Virus record (IMG/VR): IMGVR_UViG_3300035698_023946
Strand: one strand, 5' to 3'
DNA length: 41,363 nt
From: an uncultured virus (IMG/VR IMGVR_UViG_3300035698_023946)
Lineage: Duplodnaviria > Heunggongvirae > Uroviricota > Caudoviricetes
Position numbers and translations under genes: made by a program. Of the stretch, positions 7,594 through 17,600 are shown piece by piece (the first letter of the stretch is position 1; every line of letters begins with the position of its first letter). The notes beneath the pieces are model-generated. The model saw nothing but the letters and a program-made list of their open reading frames with translations, did no database searches and was not told the DNA's origin.

Positions 7594-9129
7594 ATGCCTT
7601 GCGATATAATTTTTGATAAACAGACGAACGACATCCTTCAAGTCTTCCACAACCCTAACGTCATCCATAAAAAGGGTTCTGTAGATTTTCGAAATTTCTT
7701 CCATCAATTGAGAAAGAAGGGAAAGAATCCTGGTTTTGTACCCTGGATTCCAAGCGTACCTGAAGATGTTTTAAGGAATCCCCATAAATACAAAGTCAAA
7801 TTTGAAGACCATTACTCTAAACCGTTAAGTTTAATGCGTAAAGAAGACCTTGTGAAGTTCCCAACAAAATTTGACACAAAGATAAAAGATAGAAAGATAT
7901 TATGGTGTGGAACTTTTTACGACTACATCAGCTATTCGAATATAACTAGGGATTTATCTTTTTCTCTTTTTGAAGATGGTGAAAACATCAAATTCTTTTC
8001 TACCAAATCTTCTGGAGAAGTTGAAATCGATGAAAAGACAAAACTTTTCATCGATCAACATATGGCTACAACAAAGGAGGTTGAAAGAACAGATCAATTG
8101 AAAATCGTGTCTTACATACCGTTGTTTAAGATACCCCATTCTGCCTATAACATCTCCTATACCATGCTAGAAACATTTGACACCCAACAAGAAGTTGTTG
8201 ATGCAATGAATTCGTACTTAAATGAGATTTGGGTTCCCACAGAATATTCAAAAAAGATTTGGTCAAAGAATCTTGATAGTAGATTGAAGCTGAAAGTGAT
8301 GCCGCTATGGTTTGATGAAAAGAAATTTTATCCAGGGGTCAAGCCTTGTGATGTCAGATTCGAATGCATTAATGACAACGGAGTTTCTTATCCAGAGACT
8401 CCTTCGGGATTCAGGTTTCTGAATATAGGTAGATATACTCATCGTAAAGGTCTTGATGTTTTAATCAAATCTTTCATAGAAGAGTTTTCTAGAAAAGACG
8501 ATGTGTCATTAGTCTTGTTTTGCCGACACATAATCAATAAAGACGAATTCAACAAACACACTAAATCTAAATTGATAGAAATAATCAATAATGTGAAAAA
8601 GGGAAAAGATAGCCCTCCCATATATCTTAACATGGACCCTATACTCCCAGAAGACCAAGGAGGAATGTATGGGTGGGGTGATTGTTTCGTCTTGCCTTCT
8701 AGAGGTGAGGGTTTCGGGATGCCAGTCATAGAATCAGCAGCATGTAAGATTCCAGTAATTTCAGCAAATCATACTGGCTTATCTGATTTCATGGACGAAT
8801 CTGTCGGGTGGGTCATAAACACCGATAAAGTTGACAACATCGGAAGTGTGTTTGTCACCGCAGAAGGTAAACAAAAATATTCTGGCAAATATCCAGAATG
8901 GCAACAGTGGATAACGGCGCTTTATAACAATATGCTATTTGCAGTGATGGGTAGACCTGCCATAGAAGAATGCAAAGATCATATGAGAACTCTTTATGAA
9001 AACAATGATAAAAATAAAGAAGAAAAATTAGAAAAGTTTCATGACAGAGTTCATGAAAAATACACTTGGTCTAAATGTTATGCTAAAATTAAGACAAGAA
9101 TAAATGAAGTCATCGATGAAAACTCTTAA
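7594..9129 (+). CDS. GT-B fold glycosyltransferase (GT4-like) with an N-terminal extension of about 95 aa
   Basis: YTMLET, EIWVPTEY, FRFLNIGRYTHRKGLDVLIKSF and FVLPSRGEGFGMPVIESAACKIPVIS (EX7E motif); C-terminal YTW helix. Confidence 0.92.
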   Translation: MPCDIIFDKQTNDILQVFHNPNVIHKKGSVDFRNFFHQLRKKGKNPGFVPWIPSVPEDVLRNPHKYKVKFEDHYSKPLSLMRKEDLVKFPTKFDTKIKDRKILWCGTFYDYISYSNITRDLSFSLFEDGENIKFFSTKSSGEVEIDEKTKLFIDQHMATTKEVERTDQLKIVSYIPLFKIPHSAYNISYTMLETFDTQQEVVDAMNSYLNEIWVPTEYSKKIWSKNLDSRLKLKVMPLWFDEKKFYPGVKPCDVRFECINDNGVSYPETPSGFRFLNIGRYTHRKGLDVLIKSFIEEFSRKDDVSLVLFCRHIINKDEFNKHTKSKLIEIINNVKKGKDSPPIYLNMDPILPEDQGGMYGWGDCFVLPSRGEGFGMPVIESAACKIPVISANHTGLSDFMDESVGWVINTDKVDNIGSVFVTAEGKQKYSGKYPEWQQWITALYNNMLFAVMGRPAIEECKDHMRTLYENNDKNKEEKLEKFHDRVHEKYTWSKCYAKIKTRINEVIDENS

Positions 9130-12100
9130 ACGATATCGAGGTAAATTGGTGACGACCACATCCTATGTCTTGAAGTCTTATACATCGCGGTGACGTAATA
9201 AATCAACATCTCTCCGACATCACTTGATCCATTAGTCAAATCGCTAAAACTATCTGTATACGTTCTAAACGCTTGAGGAGCAGATCGAATTAGTGTTTCA
9301 GAAGCGACCGAAACAGGATTCGTCGTTACAACGTTATCTTCAGGAATATTCAATCTATAAATTGAGACATCCACGTCTTCACTATTGATGGACATCAATG
9401 TGATTGTAACCCCATCTTCTAGGTCGCTCTTTGAAACATCTCTTCCAGACAAGTTCCAGCCCATACTGTAAGCGTCACTTCCGATAGTGACACCAAAATC
9501 CAGAATTCCTCTGATTCCTGTCGAAGCGAAAGTTCTACCACCATATTTGATTCCGCTAAAAATACTGTCTCTGGTCAAATCGTTTGCCCAAACACCAGTG
9601 ATGCCGCGATTGTTATCATCTGGAAAATCTCTAGCCAATTCTGCATGATATAATCCTGGCCTTGAAACATCTCCGTTAGAATTTGCTGCGACCACTCGTT
9701 TATTTCCTCCAGTCATGGAACCATGGAAATAGTAAATGTTAGAATCTTCTTCAGTCGTATTTGGTTGCGTTAATCCAAAAACACCTTTTGTATCTTCATT
9801 AAAGATATGTCCATGTTCTGAGTAAATTTCAACAACTTTATCGCCTGCTATAATTTCATCAGGAACGACAGATGTGTCGAATTCATTTTCGAAAATATTG
9901 TAATTATACTTGTCTCCAATATTGTCGGAAAAATTACGATTATATGCGGAAAGCTGTAACATTGAAAAATAATCATTTGCTGTCGAAAGCTTAGACCATA
10001 ATTTCGGATAAGTGCTAACTGCGTTCGGTTTTCTATCTAATGATGGATTATCGGTTATGTTTCCATTAAAGATGAAAGTTCTAACTCCATGATTTACATT
10101 TGCTGTGGCCATACTATACGGAACATATCTAAATGCAGGAATAGTTACAAATTGCCTGTTGACCAAATACTTATTAGCCTTCCTGTCTATTTGAATCCAT
10201 TTATCTAAAGTTTCAGTGGTGCTTGGAAAAGCGTCCAAGTTATCGGCAACAGCACAAAAATCTAACTTAGCAACATCCCTCGCATATTGATATATAAAAT
10301 CTGGGCTTTGTCTTCCTGTAGAAACTCCGGAACGACAATTCAAATCCCCAAAGAAAACATTTTGACCATTTAAGTTAAGGCTTGGATGGTAAAGGATGGG
10401 AGGCCCTTCAGAGGAGATACCTTCTTCAGTGGAAGCGGTGACGAAAGTTACACCACCAGGAACTTGAACGGTATAATTAACTTCTCCTTGATAACTTGAA
10501 TCAACAGTAATTTCAATACTTGATGGAGCTTGATAAGTTCCTACCAAGTCTTCATCTTGTAATGAAAATCCATTAAACGTCAAAGTTATGACTCCATTAA
10601 AATCTTCATATTTATTACCATTTGTGTCTACTATTTGTATATTTATTTCTACTTCAGATGTTGCCGGAAGCATTGTATTGTAAACTTTGATCCCATTACC
10701 TAGAACAAACCCGGTAGAACTCAGAGCTGTTTTTATTGGAGCATCGCTATATTCGATGACATTTTCAACATTCGACACGCTTGTGTCGAACCCCATCCAA
10801 ACATACGTAGAAACTGACCCGAACAATCCATTTAAAGAACTCTCCAGATGTCCAGTTTCATTAGATTGATTAAATATTTCAAAATCAAAACCACTACTTG
10901 CAGAGGTCAAACTCCCAACCACCAATGTCAATGAATCTGCTGTATCGAGGCCAGAACCAAAGACTTGGAAAGTTCCGTAAACTTGATTGTCAGATGCAAT
11001 TAGTTCTCCACGTTTGAAGGTCGCTCCTTCTTGAGAAGAGGTCAATTCTAAAACATTTTTATTACTTTGATTCAAATCATCAAACAACCATTGGCCTTGA
11101 TGTCGTAGTAATTCGAAGTTATCAGTTTCATTTAAACTGGAGTCTAGATATGTGAATTTATCACCTAAAGTGAAAAAGACATATGATCCAGTATTGATTG
11201 ACGATTTGCTTTGGTTGTTAGTTATTATCGTTTTTTCAGGACTGTACGTCGAATCAAAGGACAGATAAAGCCCATCAAAGATATTGTATGTCTCCAGGAT
11301 AAGAGGCGTATCAAAAACATTCTGAGAAGCAAATAGTGGCAATGCTGTTCTAGTTGTCGAAGTCTCTGCCGTTTCTGATAAAAATTCTACTCCAACACTT
11401 CTAAGTGTAACGCTCAAGGCATCGTAAGCGTTTTTAATAATTGCAAACAACCTTCTTTGAGAGCTCTCAGAAACATCTATTTGGATTATCGCGTTCAATC
11501 TGTTTTGCTTATAGAATCTGACGATCCCTTCGTGTGGATTCAACGTATATGTTCTTGAATTCTGAACGACTTCATTAATGTAAACGGCAACGCTCATCTC
11601 TTTAGGCCATGGACCATTCTTAGACGTGTAGACAAATCCATCAGTACTTGAGCATATCTCACTTGTTCTGTTCGTCGTATAGGCCATCTTTTCGACATGG
11701 AGCTTATTGCTAGAATCTTCCGACCACGTATTCGCATCAGACAAATACCAGTCATCTTTCATCTTCTTCAAATTACTTACTCCGTAACTGTATCCGTAAG
11801 TTCCGATATACTGATCCCCAACTAACAGATTTCGGCTAACAACAACTTGTCCAATTTTATCCGTATCATAATCTCTTTCATCAAGAACGATCTTGCTTTC
11901 AGAATATGTGTTGTAATTAATATCTATGTATTCTAAACTTGGGAAAGCATTTGTGGAATCTTTCCTCAGATACACTTCTGCTTCGAAAAATCTACATTCA
12001 ACACCTGTTAGTGAAATGGTGTTTAAACCATCTGACAAATCCTCATAATCTGTAAACGATAAATCTAATAGTTCATCATTATCGTCTGCAAATCGATACC

Positions 12101-14612
12101 TCAGTTTTGCAGACGATTGAGAAGGAAGCCTTATCTGAACATCTAAGGATGTTACTTCTGCATAACTTTCAGATAATAAAGTCTCTTTTCTAAAGACTCC
12201 TTCAGTCGTGTTTGATCCTTCTTTCCCATAGATGTAGGTTCCGGCGGAACTTATTTGAGAATCTGTTTCTGTAAACAATATTTCAGCATTATCGAAAAAG
12301 TCTTTTATTGCATAAAGATTTTCTCTATCATAATTAGTTCCAATAACAACAATGTAAGCCTTTATTATAACTTTGTTTTGTATCGAGGAGTCAGAAAGAA
12401 AATCATTTATTTGTCTTAAACTATCGGTATCAACTCCATCGGTCAACATCACAAGGACTTGTCTGGCAAAATTCGTGTTATCATCTCTTATCGTATCGAC
12501 GTTATAAACAAGATGATTTACTTCATCTTGTTTTGTCCAAGAAGTACCCCCAGAGATAATACTCTTAGTAGACAAGTATAAAGCATCAATTAATGGTGAA
12601 GATAAAGTTCTACTTTCAGTATTAGTTCCAATTTCATCTATAAAATCTGACAGATTATCTGTGGCATCTTGAATTACAAATCCATTTGTGATGTTATCGA
12701 TTGTTTTTCTAGCATATATAGAAGGTTTTCCTTGAACTAAAGAAGTTTCAGTTAAGCTGATATTTGAAGGAACATATTCTTCTTTTGAGACTCCTTCAAA
12801 TTGAATTATTTGAAATCTTGACTTTTCATTAGACCCGAACATCGAAGATGACAAAGAACTTACAATATCTTGTCTTTTATTATTTGGATCGGAATTATTA
12901 ACGCTATCACTATTGTCTACCAGATAGGTTAGGTAAACATTTTCTCCAAACGTATTTTGTGATAGAATGTGCAGGATATCATTGTCTTGAGGATTCAATT
13001 TGATGTCAACTATATCGTTATCAAACCCGTAATTGCTTGATATCGGATTGAATATGACACCTTTACTAAACGACACTTGGCCTTCTTGCGCTGCATATAG
13101 AATTTCTTGAACAGTATCTTTTTGAATCTGAACGACAGGTTTTCTGATAAGCCCTCTAATTAAAACATCATCATCTGACTGGTGCCCAGCAAATGAAACA
13201 CCATCATCTAAGCTCAATGACATTCCAGTGTCTAATCCGACATAAATGACAGATGAATTTGCATAAATGGAATAACAATCATCGATACTGTCCGCTGCAC
13301 CGATCCTTGTCCAATTTGGTGATGAAAAATTTGTTAAAACATACAGCCCCGTTCCAGTTGCCCAATACATTTTTGCATTAGATACATCTACAAAGATATT
13401 TCTACCAGTTGGTTTCGGGCTTATTGCGGAGCTGAAGCTGCTTAATGTTTCTGTTGATAAAACATATTTCAAAACGCCCTGATTAGATGTCGATAAAAAG
13501 ATGATATCTGTATTAGAAGGGTGCCACTGAATATCGTTGACGGTGGAACCGCCAGTTACAGCAGTTCCATCGCTCCATGTTGTTCCGCCATCTGTTGTGA
13601 AGAAGACTTTTGATGTAGGGTAATTTGCGGCAACAACGAATGTGTCGTTAGAACTTGACAATATTCTAATAGAAGAAATATTGTTTGCGGAAAATGCGGA
13701 AACGCTTGACCAAGATGCTCCTGAATTAGAACTGTTGTATAACCCGTCAAGTTCGCTTCCAGCCAAAACAAAGCAATTCCATTCATCATCTCCAGAACCA
13801 ATATCAAAACTTAAGATAGCTGGAGGAAGACCGATGTTAGAATCAACTATTTTTGAAAAATCATCTTTTCTATCTACGAAACCTAATCTTTTCCCCGCTC
13901 CGCTTAAAGTGATATGGTCTTCTAAAATCTTTACATTGTCTTTATAGCCCGATATGAAGTCTTGTCTTCCAGAGATTCTGACACTTTCTGAATCCTTTCC
14001 TGGAATGTTGATGACGTCTCCTTCGGTTGAACTTTTAGTTATTTCGTTAAATCTGCTATAAACTTTAAGACATCTTGTAAAGTTTTTATGAATGGAAATA
14101 TTCACTTCTTCAAACCCTTCCATTCGGATAGGGACTCCTTCCGAATCTGACAAACCATAGCCTTCTTCAGTTCCAGACATATGGAACACATCAAAGAAAT
14201 CTATTCCGGATTCAAAATCATATCCTTCCCCATATCCATAAAAGGTAATCGGACCATAAAAATCATCATCAGTAGCAGCTGTTAAATTGTCAAAAGCATA
14301 TCCATAAGTATTCAGATTGGTCCCGTCAATATTAGAATGAACCCAAACAACGAAGTTTTCAGAATCGACATGCTCTTGGCGTAGCGCCACCGCTATATAA
14401 CTGGTATCAACCGTGACTGATTCATCTAAGACAAAGTTATACCACCCTAAATCCGTTATGTCTAAAGAGCTTCTAGTGATGGTCGCAAAGGGCGTTCCCA
14501 AAATATCTCCCTGTTCGTCTGATTCATAAATATTTACGAACACATCGAAGTCCTCATCGAGGTCTCCAAATCTTTCTAATAAGAGAGAGCAAGCTTTGAT
14601 TTCTATAGCCAT
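9126..14612 (-). CDS. Large putative virion protein (1828 aa): BNR propeller, VWA domain, beta-sandwich modules and a degenerate PHP/DUF3604-like C-terminal domain
   Basis: Asp-boxes SSNSGASW, TTDGGTTW, SLDDGVSF; VWA LVDNSDS...LVMLTDG; PHP-like FFGDLNCRSGVSTG...YARDVAKLDFCAVADN, VEIYSEHG, GITGVWANDLTRDSIF, MWSSPIY. No signal peptide seen. Confidence 0.75.
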   Translation of the reverse strand: MAIEIKACSLLLERFGDLDEDFDVFVNIYESDEQGDILGTPFATITRSSLDITDLGWYNFVLDESVTVDTSYIAVALRQEHVDSENFVVWVHSNIDGTNLNTYGYAFDNLTAATDDDFYGPITFYGYGEGYDFESGIDFFDVFHMSGTEEGYGLSDSEGVPIRMEGFEEVNISIHKNFTRCLKVYSRFNEITKSSTEGDVINIPGKDSESVRISGRQDFISGYKDNVKILEDHITLSGAGKRLGFVDRKDDFSKIVDSNIGLPPAILSFDIGSGDDEWNCFVLAGSELDGLYNSSNSGASWSSVSAFSANNISSIRILSSSNDTFVVAANYPTSKVFFTTDGGTTWSDGTAVTGGSTVNDIQWHPSNTDIIFLSTSNQGVLKYVLSTETLSSFSSAISPKPTGRNIFVDVSNAKMYWATGTGLYVLTNFSSPNWTRIGAADSIDDCYSIYANSSVIYVGLDTGMSLSLDDGVSFAGHQSDDDVLIRGLIRKPVVQIQKDTVQEILYAAQEGQVSFSKGVIFNPISSNYGFDNDIVDIKLNPQDNDILHILSQNTFGENVYLTYLVDNSDSVNNSDPNNKRQDIVSSLSSSMFGSNEKSRFQIIQFEGVSKEEYVPSNISLTETSLVQGKPSIYARKTIDNITNGFVIQDATDNLSDFIDEIGTNTESRTLSSPLIDALYLSTKSIISGGTSWTKQDEVNHLVYNVDTIRDDNTNFARQVLVMLTDGVDTDSLRQINDFLSDSSIQNKVIIKAYIVVIGTNYDRENLYAIKDFFDNAEILFTETDSQISSAGTYIYGKEGSNTTEGVFRKETLLSESYAEVTSLDVQIRLPSQSSAKLRYRFADDNDELLDLSFTDYEDLSDGLNTISLTGVECRFFEAEVYLRKDSTNAFPSLEYIDINYNTYSESKIVLDERDYDTDKIGQVVVSRNLLVGDQYIGTYGYSYGVSNLKKMKDDWYLSDANTWSEDSSNKLHVEKMAYTTNRTSEICSSTDGFVYTSKNGPWPKEMSVAVYINEVVQNSRTYTLNPHEGIVRFYKQNRLNAIIQIDVSESSQRRLFAIIKNAYDALSVTLRSVGVEFLSETAETSTTRTALPLFASQNVFDTPLILETYNIFDGLYLSFDSTYSPEKTIITNNQSKSSINTGSYVFFTLGDKFTYLDSSLNETDNFELLRHQGQWLFDDLNQSNKNVLELTSSQEGATFKRGELIASDNQVYGTFQVFGSGLDTADSLTLVVGSLTSASSGFDFEIFNQSNETGHLESSLNGLFGSVSTYVWMGFDTSVSNVENVIEYSDAPIKTALSSTGFVLGNGIKVYNTMLPATSEVEINIQIVDTNGNKYEDFNGVITLTFNGFSLQDEDLVGTYQAPSSIEITVDSSYQGEVNYTVQVPGGVTFVTASTEEGISSEGPPILYHPSLNLNGQNVFFGDLNCRSGVSTGRQSPDFIYQYARDVAKLDFCAVADNLDAFPSTTETLDKWIQIDRKANKYLVNRQFVTIPAFRYVPYSMATANVNHGVRTFIFNGNITDNPSLDRKPNAVSTYPKLWSKLSTANDYFSMLQLSAYNRNFSDNIGDKYNYNIFENEFDTSVVPDEIIAGDKVVEIYSEHGHIFNEDTKGVFGLTQPNTTEEDSNIYYFHGSMTGGNKRVVAANSNGDVSRPGLYHAELARDFPDDNNRGITGVWANDLTRDSIFSGIKYGGRTFASTGIRGILDFGVTIGSDAYSMGWNLSGRDVSKSDLEDGVTITLMSINSEDVDVSIYRLNIPEDNVVTTNPVSVASETLIRSAPQAFRTYTDSFSDLTNGSSDVGEMLIYYVTAMYKTSRHRMWSSPIYLDIV

Positions 14613-14613
14613 T

Positions 14614-17600
14614 TTATTGTATCTTAACAGTCTGTCCTAATAGTCTACCTTCAGTAATCGCGTCCGCACTTCCTATGACGGGTTCAAGAGTCCAGTCGGT
14701 ATTGTTGTCTTCACTTTTAACTAGTATTCCTTGGTTTGTTCCAGCATACAGTATTCCATTTGAATCAACTTCAAAACTAAAAATGACATCAATTTCAGAA
14801 TTGAGCGTGTCATAAACTTTTGTATAATTGATTCCACGATCAGTACTCACATAAATTCCGTCATCCGTTCCTGCAAAAACATTAAAGATGTAACGGCTTT
14901 CCCAACCGTATCCTCTAGCCCATGTCCCGGCGAATTCTTCTTCAAATTCGTCCGTTCCAGTTCCTATTTCGATTCCAGTGACATCAAATACGTCGAAGAA
15001 GTCTAAACCTTCTCCATAACCGTACCCGTATCCGTAAACCTCTTCTAGCTCAGAAGTTTCAACCACTTTAAGAGAATATACTTTTCTATTTTCTAGGCCG
15101 ATAGCCTTTGTTAATCCCGTTCCATCAGTACTATAAAAAGCCCCATCATCTGTTCCCAAAACCCATTCATCTATCGATATAGAATCTCCAGAAAGAATTT
15201 GAGATGCATCAGGAATATTTTTTATCTTTATATCATAAGTATACTCTTTTGGAGTGAATCTTTTATAGACTCTTAAATGGTCTCCAATTTTATTGAAAAA
15301 ATAAGGAAATGAAATAGGTCTTCTATAGTATGCGAAAAAGGTATAAGTATAAGCAGTTTCTTCTTTTAGTTTAGCGTGAACTCCTGTAGTCGTAGAAGTC
15401 GTTCCTGCTCCATAAGTGTCAGTAAGGTCATCTGTTCTAGTAATGTGCGTCGTATCGATAAAAGGATTATCAGGAGTGAAAGTATTGACGCCAACAAGAA
15501 GACTGGAAATATAATCGTTTTCTTCATTTCTAGAACTTGTTGTATTTAATACGTTTCCAGCAATTACTAATCCATCAGGGAATGGGCGAATTCCTGGAGC
15601 AAATAAAAATAGAGAATCGTAAGGGGAGTTGTCCCCATCTTCAATAAATCGTCTATATTCAGTTCCGTATTCATGATCGTCCCCAGGATCAAAGTTGGGT
15701 TCAACATCATTTTCATGTCTAACGATTAGGATTCCCTTAAATCCTAGTGATTCTTGAACTTCTGGAGATGCACCTGGAATCGTATATACTCTTCGTTTGT
15801 TTAAATCGTCCAGTAAATCTTTAGGCATCCCCCCGACCAAGAAGTTTCCATCATCATCTTTCTCTCCCCAAGAGAAAGATATCCCTTCATCTGAAGAAAA
15901 GGTTTCTGGAGTTGTGATCTCTACCGTATTCGCTCCAGTAGTTACAATTCTTAAACCATCATCGCTACCGATAAATGTTCTCGTGATGTTTCCAGACCTA
16001 TAAGACCAGATGGATCTGACATCGCTTCCTCTCATTTGATCTTTTGAGAAAGTTCTTCCCTGATCGGTTGAAAACCATAACCCGTTATTTGTTCCGATAT
16101 AAAGATTGTTGTCAGCAAAAACTTCTGCCGAATAAATGACTCCAGGAGTTTGAAAATCTCCGGCACGATACCAAGAACTACCAAGATCGTTTGAGATGTA
16201 GGCCCCTAAATTGGTTCCGACTAGAATTTTTGTTCCAAAGATTCTTTTAACGGTGAAGACATGTGTAGGCCATTGATCGGCATCTGTCTTATTTACTTTA
16301 AAAGGATTTGTTGTTGGCAGTATCGCGTCTGAACCAACAAAAATCTTAGTTTTGTCAAAAAGGTCACCTTCTTTGTAAGCGGCAATCTCCAAATGCTCAT
16401 AGTCATCAGATTGAAAATCAATACTTTTCACTTTGCTAATCGCAGAATCTCTTATTCGGCTGTCTATTGTAATTCTATCTTTAGAACCAATGACGGAATC
16501 TCCGATTTGAACATCAATATTAGAAATATTTGTGATAGCATTGTCTGAGATTACTCGGATATTGAAAGAATCATTATTTGGTTCTGTATAAAAAATGACG
16601 CCATCTCCAGAAGTTGACAATAAGAATTCTCCAGACGTTTGATCGATTAAATCGATATCGTTTATTGTATATTGAGAAGTATTCCCCTCCATTAACGTCC
16701 AAGTGCTTCCGTCATCTTTACTTCTATAGATTCCATAAGAAGGATAGTCTACATAGGCTATTTCTCTACCCAGGCTATCTAATCTGATGATCATCTTATT
16801 TGCTTCATCGGCCCCAGAGACTCTTGCGGCAGGACCTATTAAAGTCCAAGAAGAACCTCCATCAGAAGACTTATACAGCCCGACAGTCGTAGCCGCATAA
16901 ATGACGGCATCGTCTCCACTCAACAAGGTTCTATTGTCAAGGTTTTCCGCAGAAACAGAGATGTCATTAATATATTTTGTTCCGAGGTTAGTTAAAAATG
17001 AAAACTGATTTCCGTTATCTACACTCTTATAAATACCCTCTGAAGTTCCTACATAAAGAGGAGTGATGCTCTGAGATTTTACTTTTTTATCACTGTAGAC
17101 TTCAAAAACATTCCCAATTCTTGAATTAAGCAAAAATGGAGATGGTCCAAAGATAGGAATCAAAGATTTCTTGTCTTCTTCATCCGAGATTTGAGTTCCA
17201 GTTAAGAATTGTCTTCTTGTTTGATCGAAATGTGTTGCCCCGGTCCATTCTGTACCATCACCAAGTTTATAGGTTTGAATGTGCATCCCCGGAACATTGC
17301 TCACTTCCACTTTATCTGATCTAGGATTGAGCGTGAGAACGGAATTCGTACTTGATAAAACCTCGAACATAAAAGCGTTTGCATTCCCATCGGTATCTAC
17401 ACGTTGATTTATGTTTGGGCTAAAAGCGTGACCGACGTAGTTGTCGCTTCCGCCATTTGGGAATATCTCAAAAATTGGTTTAGTCAAATCGATGGCACTT
17501 TCAATATCTCCGTCGATGAAAACTCCCGAAGCATTTGCTTGAGAAATATCATAAGTGAGTTCGACATCGGTACCAACATGAAATTTGATTTTCCAACCAC

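Noticed and set aside
7515..7634. 84-aa extension of the small acidic ORF as given in the track
   Set aside because: Overlaps the glycosyltransferase start; the SD supports ATG 7514.
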